Positions 58,821-64,000 of a stretch of DNA of 64,000 nt are shown one piece after another. A program made the position numbers and the translations under genes. Under the pieces are notes generated by a model. It was not told where the DNA came from and ran no database searches. It was given only the letters and a program-made list of their open reading frames with translations. This DNA comes from Candidatus Aenigmatarchaeota archaeon. GTDB lineage: Archaea > Aenigmatarchaeota > Aenigmatarchaeia > QMZP01 > QMZT01. The stretch's first letter is position 1. Each line of letters opens with the position of its first letter. The stretch covers positions 262,486 to 326,485 of the forward strand of contig CAVSBQ010000002.1 in assembly GCA_963726265.1 (NCBI GenBank), given 5' to 3'.

Positions 58821-59801
58821 ATGGTCGATGAGTCAGCCATCAGGAGACAGATTCCCCACGCCCTTGAAAAGACGGATTTCAAATTAGGCAGGAAATACGA
58901 GGGCAAGGTGAGGGACAACTACATACTCACTGACAAGAGGATTATAATCACGACGGACAGGATTTCCGCCTTCGACCGCGTGCTCGGCACGATACCGTTC
59001 AAGGGCCAGGTCCTGAACCAGCTTGCAGCTTTCTGGTTTGACAAGACGAAGCACATCGCCAGGAATCACGTCATCGATGTTCCCGACCCGAATGTCGTGG
59101 TCGCAAAGGAATGTAAACCGATTCCTGTAGAGATGGTCGTGCGCGGCTACATCACCGGCGTGACGACGACTTCGGCCTGGTACAACTACCAGCGGGGCGT
59201 CAGAGACTTTTGTGGCGTCCGACTACCGGAGGGATTGCGCAAGGACCAGAAGTTCGAGAAGCCCATAATAACGCCGACGACGAAAGGCGGCGTGGGAGAA
59301 CACGACAGGCCGATCTCGGGCGAGGACGCGATACGCGAAGGCCTGGTCTCGCGCGAGCTTTTCAAAAAGATGTCAGATGCCTCGCTCAGGCTTTTCGATT
59401 TCGGTTCGCGCTTCGTCGCGAAGCACGGCCTGATTCTTGTCGACACGAAATATGAGTTCGGCCTGAACGAAGGCGAGCTGGTGCTCATGGACGAGATTCA
59501 CACTCCCGATTCGTCGAGGTTCTGGTTCGCCGACACCTACAAGCAGCTTTTCGAAAGCGGGCAGGAGCAGAGGAAGCTCGACAAGGAATACGTGAGGACG
59601 TGGCTCGCTGACCAGGGTTATCTGGGAGAAGGGAAGCCGCCGAAACTGACTTCCGAAGTCGTGACGGAGGCGGCGAAGAGATACATAAAAGTCTATGAAA
59701 AGATAACCGGCAGCCACTTCGAAGTCGTCGAAGGCAGCGTTGCCGAAAGGATAAGGAAGAACCTGGAGAGCAAAGGTTATCTGAAAGTGAGCGAGGGGTG
59801 A
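58821..59801 (+). CDS. purC: SAICAR synthetase (long form)
   Basis: GKVRDNY, TDRISAFD, LVDTKYEFG and DEIHTPDSSRFW motifs. ATG at 58821 lies just after the purE stop. Confidence 0.9.
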   Translation: MVDESAIRRQIPHALEKTDFKLGRKYEGKVRDNYILTDKRIIITTDRISAFDRVLGTIPFKGQVLNQLAAFWFDKTKHIARNHVIDVPDPNVVVAKECKPIPVEMVVRGYITGVTTTSAWYNYQRGVRDFCGVRLPEGLRKDQKFEKPIITPTTKGGVGEHDRPISGEDAIREGLVSRELFKKMSDASLRLFDFGSRFVAKHGLILVDTKYEFGLNEGELVLMDEIHTPDSSRFWFADTYKQLFESGQEQRKLDKEYVRTWLADQGYLGEGKPPKLTSEVVTEAAKRYIKVYEKITGSHFEVVEGSVAERIRKNLESKGYLKVSEG

Positions 59802-59806
59802 TGGTT

Positions 59807-61147
59807 ATGGCGATACATCCGATAGAATACCGTTATTGTTCCGAGGAGATGACTGCGGTCTTCGAGGAGGAGGCGAAGCTGCAGAAGTGGCTTGACGTGG
59901 AAGCTTCGCTCGCTCGCGCGCATGCGCAGCTCGGCAACATCCCCAAGAAAGCTGCGGAAGAAATCGCGAAGAAGGCGGACACGCAGTTCGTGACGCTGGA
60001 CCGCGTCCATGAAATCGATGATGAGATACATCACGACCTCATGGCGATGGTGCGCGCTCTTACCGAAGCCGCAGGCGACGCAGGCAAGTTCGTGCATTAC
60101 GGCGCGACGTCCTACGACATAGAAGATACCGCGCTCGCACTGCAGCTGCGCGATGCGATAGAGATAATCGAGGGCAACCTGAAAAAGCTCAAAGACACGC
60201 TGGTCACGCTCACCAGGAAGAACAGGGACGTAGTCTGCATAGGCAGGACGCACGGCCAGCATGCCGTTCCAACGACGTATGGCTTGAAATTTGCCAACTG
60301 GCTCTGCGAAATCCAGCGAGACGTCGACCGGCTAGACCAGGCGAAGAAACGCATTCTCGTCGGCAAGATGACAGGCGCGGTCGGAACGCAGGCGACGTTC
60401 GGCGAGAACGCGAGGCGCCTGCAGTCGCTTATCATGAAGGACCTCGGCCTTTCGTCCGTGATGGTCTCGACGCAGGTCATCCAGCGCGACAGACATGCTG
60501 AACTCGTTTTCGTGCTAGCGCTCATCGGCTCGACGCTCGAGAAGATAGCGAAAGAACTCCGCAACCTCCAGCGCACTGAGATAGGCGAGGTGCTGGAAAG
60601 CTTCGGCAGCAAGCAGGTCGGCAGCTCCACCATGCCTCACAAGCGAAACCCGTGGAAGTCGGAGAACATATGCTCTCTCGCGCGCGTGCTCAAGTCGCAC
60701 GTCATGGTGGCGCTGGACAACAACCCCATGGAGCATGAGCGCGACCTCACCAACTCGGCTAATGAGAGAATCATCTTCGCGGAGAGCTTCATGCTGCTCG
60801 ACTTCATGCTCAGGCGCATCAGCGACATCCTCATCAGCATGGAGCTGCAGCACGGCAGGATACAGGAGAACCTCGATTTGACGAAGGGGCTGGTCATGAG
60901 CGAGAAGATAATGATTGCGCTGGTCAAAAAAGGCATAGGCCGCCAGGACGCGCACGAGATTATGCGCAAGGCAGCGATGGAGTCGTATGCGAAAGGCGCA
61001 TCGCTCAAGGAAATCCTTCTGAAAAACCCGCAGGTAAAGAAATACTTTAACGCAAAAGAGCTCGAGCGCCTCCTCGACCCGCGCAACTACATAGGCACGG
61101 CAAGGGAACAGGTCGACGACGTGCTGAAGGCAATTGGTAAAAAATAA
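59807..61147 (+). CDS. purB: Adenylosuccinate lyase
   Basis: Fumarate-lyase signature GSSTMPHKRNP. GAGGGGTG SD 6-7 nt upstream of the ATG at 59807; in-frame GTG/ATG alternatives at 59798 and 59801. Confidence 0.9.
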   Translation: MAIHPIEYRYCSEEMTAVFEEEAKLQKWLDVEASLARAHAQLGNIPKKAAEEIAKKADTQFVTLDRVHEIDDEIHHDLMAMVRALTEAAGDAGKFVHYGATSYDIEDTALALQLRDAIEIIEGNLKKLKDTLVTLTRKNRDVVCIGRTHGQHAVPTTYGLKFANWLCEIQRDVDRLDQAKKRILVGKMTGAVGTQATFGENARRLQSLIMKDLGLSSVMVSTQVIQRDRHAELVFVLALIGSTLEKIAKELRNLQRTEIGEVLESFGSKQVGSSTMPHKRNPWKSENICSLARVLKSHVMVALDNNPMEHERDLTNSANERIIFAESFMLLDFMLRRISDILISMELQHGRIQENLDLTKGLVMSEKIMIALVKKGIGRQDAHEIMRKAAMESYAKGASLKEILLKNPQVKKYFNAKELERLLDPRNYIGTAREQVDDVLKAIGKK

Positions 61148-61196
61148 TTTTCTCTTTTTCATCCAAACTTAAAAATATCTGCTACATATTATTTAC

Positions 61197-62288
61197 ATGG
61201 CTGAAGATTTCATGGAGATAAACAGCTCCGAAAACCAGAAGGAGAAAAAGGAATTCACCTACGCGAATGCGGGCGTCGACATCGAGAAGGTCAAGCATGC
61301 GCATTCGAGCATGGCAGAGCTTTTCAGGCAGACTTTTTCCAACAGGTTCGACAAGTTCGGCCGCGTGATGAGCGAGATAGGCCATTACGCAGGCATGATA
61401 GACATAGGCGGCGGAAGGCTTCTGGCGATCCACGTCGACGGCGTGGGGACAAAAACGCTGGTTGCCCATGCCATGAGGAAATACGACACCATCGGCATCG
61501 ATTGCGTCGCGATGAACGTGAACGACCTGATATGCATGGGCGCCGAGCCGACGACGCTGGTTGATTACATCGCGCTCGAGAAGACGGACGAGCGCGTGAT
61601 AAGCGAGATAGCGAAGGGCCTCGCGAAGGCGGCGAAGGAAGCGGGCATTGCGATTGTCGGCGGCGAGACCGCGATAATGCCTGACGTCGTAAAGGGCTTT
61701 GACCTGGCAGCGACTTCGCTCGGAGTCGTGTATCGCGACAGGGTAGTCACGGGCGAGAATATGGTGCCAGGCGACATCGTCATAGGGCTCGAGAGCTCCG
61801 GCATTCATTCGAACGGGCTCTCGCTGGCAAGGAAGCTCCTTCTCTCAAGGTTCGACATCGGGACTTATGTAAAAGAACTCGACTGCACCGCCGGCGAGGA
61901 GCTGCTCAAGCCGACGAGGATTTACGTCAAGCCCGTGCTAGAGGTCCTGCAGAACTGCAAGGTCCACGGCCTCGCCCACATAACGGGCGGCGCTTTCTCG
62001 AAGCTCGCGCGCATAGGCAACAAAGCGAACGTGGGCTTCGACATAAAGCTTCCCAAGCCGACGAAGCCAGTCTTCAAAATGCTGCAGAAGTTTGGTACGC
62101 TGAGCGACCGCGAAATGTTCCGCACGTTCAACATGGGAGTCGGCTTCATAATAGTCGTCCCCGGCGAGGAGCCGGAAGACTACGAGCGCGTCGCGGACGT
62201 TCTGAAAAAACATAAAATGCCCCACGCGGTGATAGGCAAGGTCACGCAGGTGCGCAAGATTCTGGTGAACGGCGTGGACGTGGCCTAG
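61197..62288 (+). CDS. purM: AIR synthetase
   Basis: DGVGTK and GGETA motifs. TTAAAAATAT box about 25 nt upstream of the ATG. Confidence 0.9.
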   Translation: MAEDFMEINSSENQKEKKEFTYANAGVDIEKVKHAHSSMAELFRQTFSNRFDKFGRVMSEIGHYAGMIDIGGGRLLAIHVDGVGTKTLVAHAMRKYDTIGIDCVAMNVNDLICMGAEPTTLVDYIALEKTDERVISEIAKGLAKAAKEAGIAIVGGETAIMPDVVKGFDLAATSLGVVYRDRVVTGENMVPGDIVIGLESSGIHSNGLSLARKLLLSRFDIGTYVKELDCTAGEELLKPTRIYVKPVLEVLQNCKVHGLAHITGGAFSKLARIGNKANVGFDIKLPKPTKPVFKMLQKFGTLSDREMFRTFNMGVGFIIVVPGEEPEDYERVADVLKKHKMPHAVIGKVTQVRKILVNGVDVA

Positions 62289-62398
62289 GACAACATTCTT
62301 AGCGGCTTTGCACTAAACTCCTTTCTGATTTTAATGATAATATCTTTTGAATTTTAGGGACAATGAAGATATTTAAAACTTTATGAAAGTGTATTCTT

Positions 62399-62818
62399 AT
62401 GAACATAATGAAAGGAATAGCAGGTTATATTGGAATACCCGTACTGGTGGTCGCCGGTGCAGCAACCGGTCTACATTATTACTACACCCATAACGTGCGT
62501 AGTTATGATTTTTTTTCCGGAAAAACATTTTCAAAAGTAGATTTTCCTCTCTCTGATACAAGGATTAGTATAAAAGACAATTCAACGATGATATTCAGAA
62601 GCAAATTTTTTGGGGGAAGTGTTCATTACTCAGATAATGATGGGGATGGAACTGTCGATCAAATATATGAATATGATTCCCATTTGGCTAGAGGCGGTGG
62701 AAGTAGGGCTTTTGATAGATCTACGGATTTTGATAGACATCCTGAAAAATTCAAAAAAGCCGATATAGACTTCCGAAGACAGATAAGAAGATTCAAACCA
62801 CTCATGAGCAAGAAATAA
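62399..62818 (+). CDS. N-terminally membrane-anchored hypothetical protein (139 aa), AT-rich
   Basis: One N-terminal TM segment. DNDGDGTVD resembles a Ca-binding (EF-hand/dockerin-like) loop. Confidence 0.5.
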   Translation: MNIMKGIAGYIGIPVLVVAGAATGLHYYYTHNVRSYDFFSGKTFSKVDFPLSDTRISIKDNSTMIFRSKFFGGSVHYSDNDGDGTVDQIYEYDSHLARGGGSRAFDRSTDFDRHPEKFKKADIDFRRQIRRFKPLMSKK

Positions 62819-63090
62819 TATCCCATTCTGAACTTCAATCAGATGAACCGAAAATAAGCGTCACCGAATAAAAGTTCGTTTATTTTTAGGTTCCGAAGTT
62901 CCGTTATTGGCTTATTTATACGTATTTTCATACTTTTAACAGTTTATTCAACTAAATAAATATATTATTGTAGAAAATACATAAAATATTATTATTTTGG
63001 AACAAAATTCCAATTTAATGCGTTTATTTTGCAATAAATGGTTTTAGCTTAAGTCTTTTCTTTTTTGCTAAAAGTTTTTTCTAAAAAGCT

Positions 63091-64000
63091 TTACTTGTGC
63101 GCGAAATAGATAACGATTTCCCCGCCGTCATTCGCATCGACCCTGCCGAAACCTATGCGCTCCATCTGGATTACGCTGTCTGGCTTGAGCCTCGCCATCT
63201 CAGGCTCGCCGATGCCGCGCAGCATGCCGTCTTTGGTGACTATTGCGACTTTCACGTGCGGCTCGCTGACCCACTGGAGCTTCTGCATGTCCTTCATGAC
63301 CTCGTCGCCCATGCACTTTGCCTTCCTGACCAGTGAGACGTTGCACAATCCTTTGAGTCGGATGACGCTGCCCTTGAACTTCTCGAAGTCCTGATTGGAG
63401 ATGAAAATGTTTTTGGGGTCGAGCGGGACCTTCTTCTTGCCGCGCTCCGGGAAATCCGGGTGCAGCGCTTCGAAGACTTCGCGCTTTTCCGGAAAGCCTT
63501 CCGGCTGCAGGTTGACCGGGTCGATGACGGCCATGTAGCGGTTCGCGAGCGGGTCAATAATCTTGCGGTTGTGCGCGTCGAGATTGTCCCAGCTCAGTTC
63601 GATGTCGTTCTTGCTAAGCCCGCATTGCATGGCGAGATTCTTTATGGCATCGGGCTGGAAGCCGCGCCTGAGAAGAGCGCGGATTGTGGGAAGCTTCGGG
63701 TCATCCCAGCCGGTGACTTCGCCTTTCGCCATCATTTCCCTGATGTCCCTTGTGTGGACCGCGCCGCCCTGAAAGCGGATCATGCCGAAGTTGACGACAT
63801 TGGTGAATTCCCAGCCGAACATGCCGGCTATCGCTTTCTGCACGGCCGTGTTGTGCTCGTGCTCCTTTCCCCTGAACACGTGCGTTATTTTGAGTTCATG
63901 ATCGTCGATTGCGCAGGAAAAATTGTAGAGCGGCCACGCGGAAAATTTCGTCCCTTTTAGCGGATGAGGCGTCCTGTTGACCCTGAAAACGGGCGGGTCG
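63091..64000 (-). CDS. gltX: Glutamyl-tRNA synthetase (archaeal GluRS/GlxRS type); 5' end outside the window
   Basis: The frame is open to the window edge (DPPVFRVNRTPHPLKGTKFSAWPLYNFSCAIDDHELKITHVFRGKEHEHN...). The class I GlxRS core and C-terminal anticodon-binding barrel are present. Confidence 0.85.
   Translation of the reverse strand, partial: DPPVFRVNRTPHPLKGTKFSAWPLYNFSCAIDDHELKITHVFRGKEHEHNTAVQKAIAGMFGWEFTNVVNFGMIRFQGGAVHTRDIREMMAKGEVTGWDDPKLPTIRALLRRGFQPDAIKNLAMQCGLSKNDIELSWDNLDAHNRKIIDPLANRYMAVIDPVNLQPEGFPEKREVFEALHPDFPERGKKKVPLDPKNIFISNQDFEKFKGSVIRLKGLCNVSLVRKAKCMGDEVMKDMQKLQWVSEPHVKVAIVTKDGMLRGIGEPEMARLKPDSVIQMERIGFGRVDANDGGEIVIYFAHK

Overview
The window is archaeal. Markers are TBP, Alba, GatD/GatE, CDP-archaeol synthase, deoxyhypusine synthase, Kae1, archaeal-type TrpRS/TyrRS/GluRS, and tRNA genes with introns at non-canonical positions. 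By eye the backbone is GC-rich and densely packed with housekeeping genes, many with 4-nt ATGA-type overlaps. It holds a near-complete purine/folate supercluster: purF, purD-folD, purN-purH, folC, MTHFS, purS-purL-purQ, purE-purC-purB, purM, plus guaB and purA. Several clearly AT-rich patches interrupt this backbone.

The best candidate for an undescribed system is an AT-rich three-gene minus-strand cassette at 16855-21404. It encodes a protein with five tandem HTH-like repeats, an SNF2-family helicase fused to a class-I SAM methyltransferase, and a tightly coupled AAG/Mpg-type DNA glycosylase.

Other notable observations:
- tRNA-Leu(UAA) appears to carry two introns and tRNA-Ala(CGC) one intron in the T-loop.
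- Eight frame disruptions, all of the same +1 sign, affect guaB, purA (2), gatE, gatD, purF and purD (2).
- Three AT-rich genes (a small ORF, a nucleotidyltransferase-like protein and an HD hydrolase) sit between gatD and gatE.
- A loose RNA/DNA end-processing neighbourhood contains RtcA, a DUF504/MJ1316-like protein, a metallophosphoesterase and a stand-alone LigD-type 3'-phosphoesterase.

No CRISPR array, rRNA, integrase or transposase was recognised. All family assignments rest on motif recognition by eye, not on database searches.
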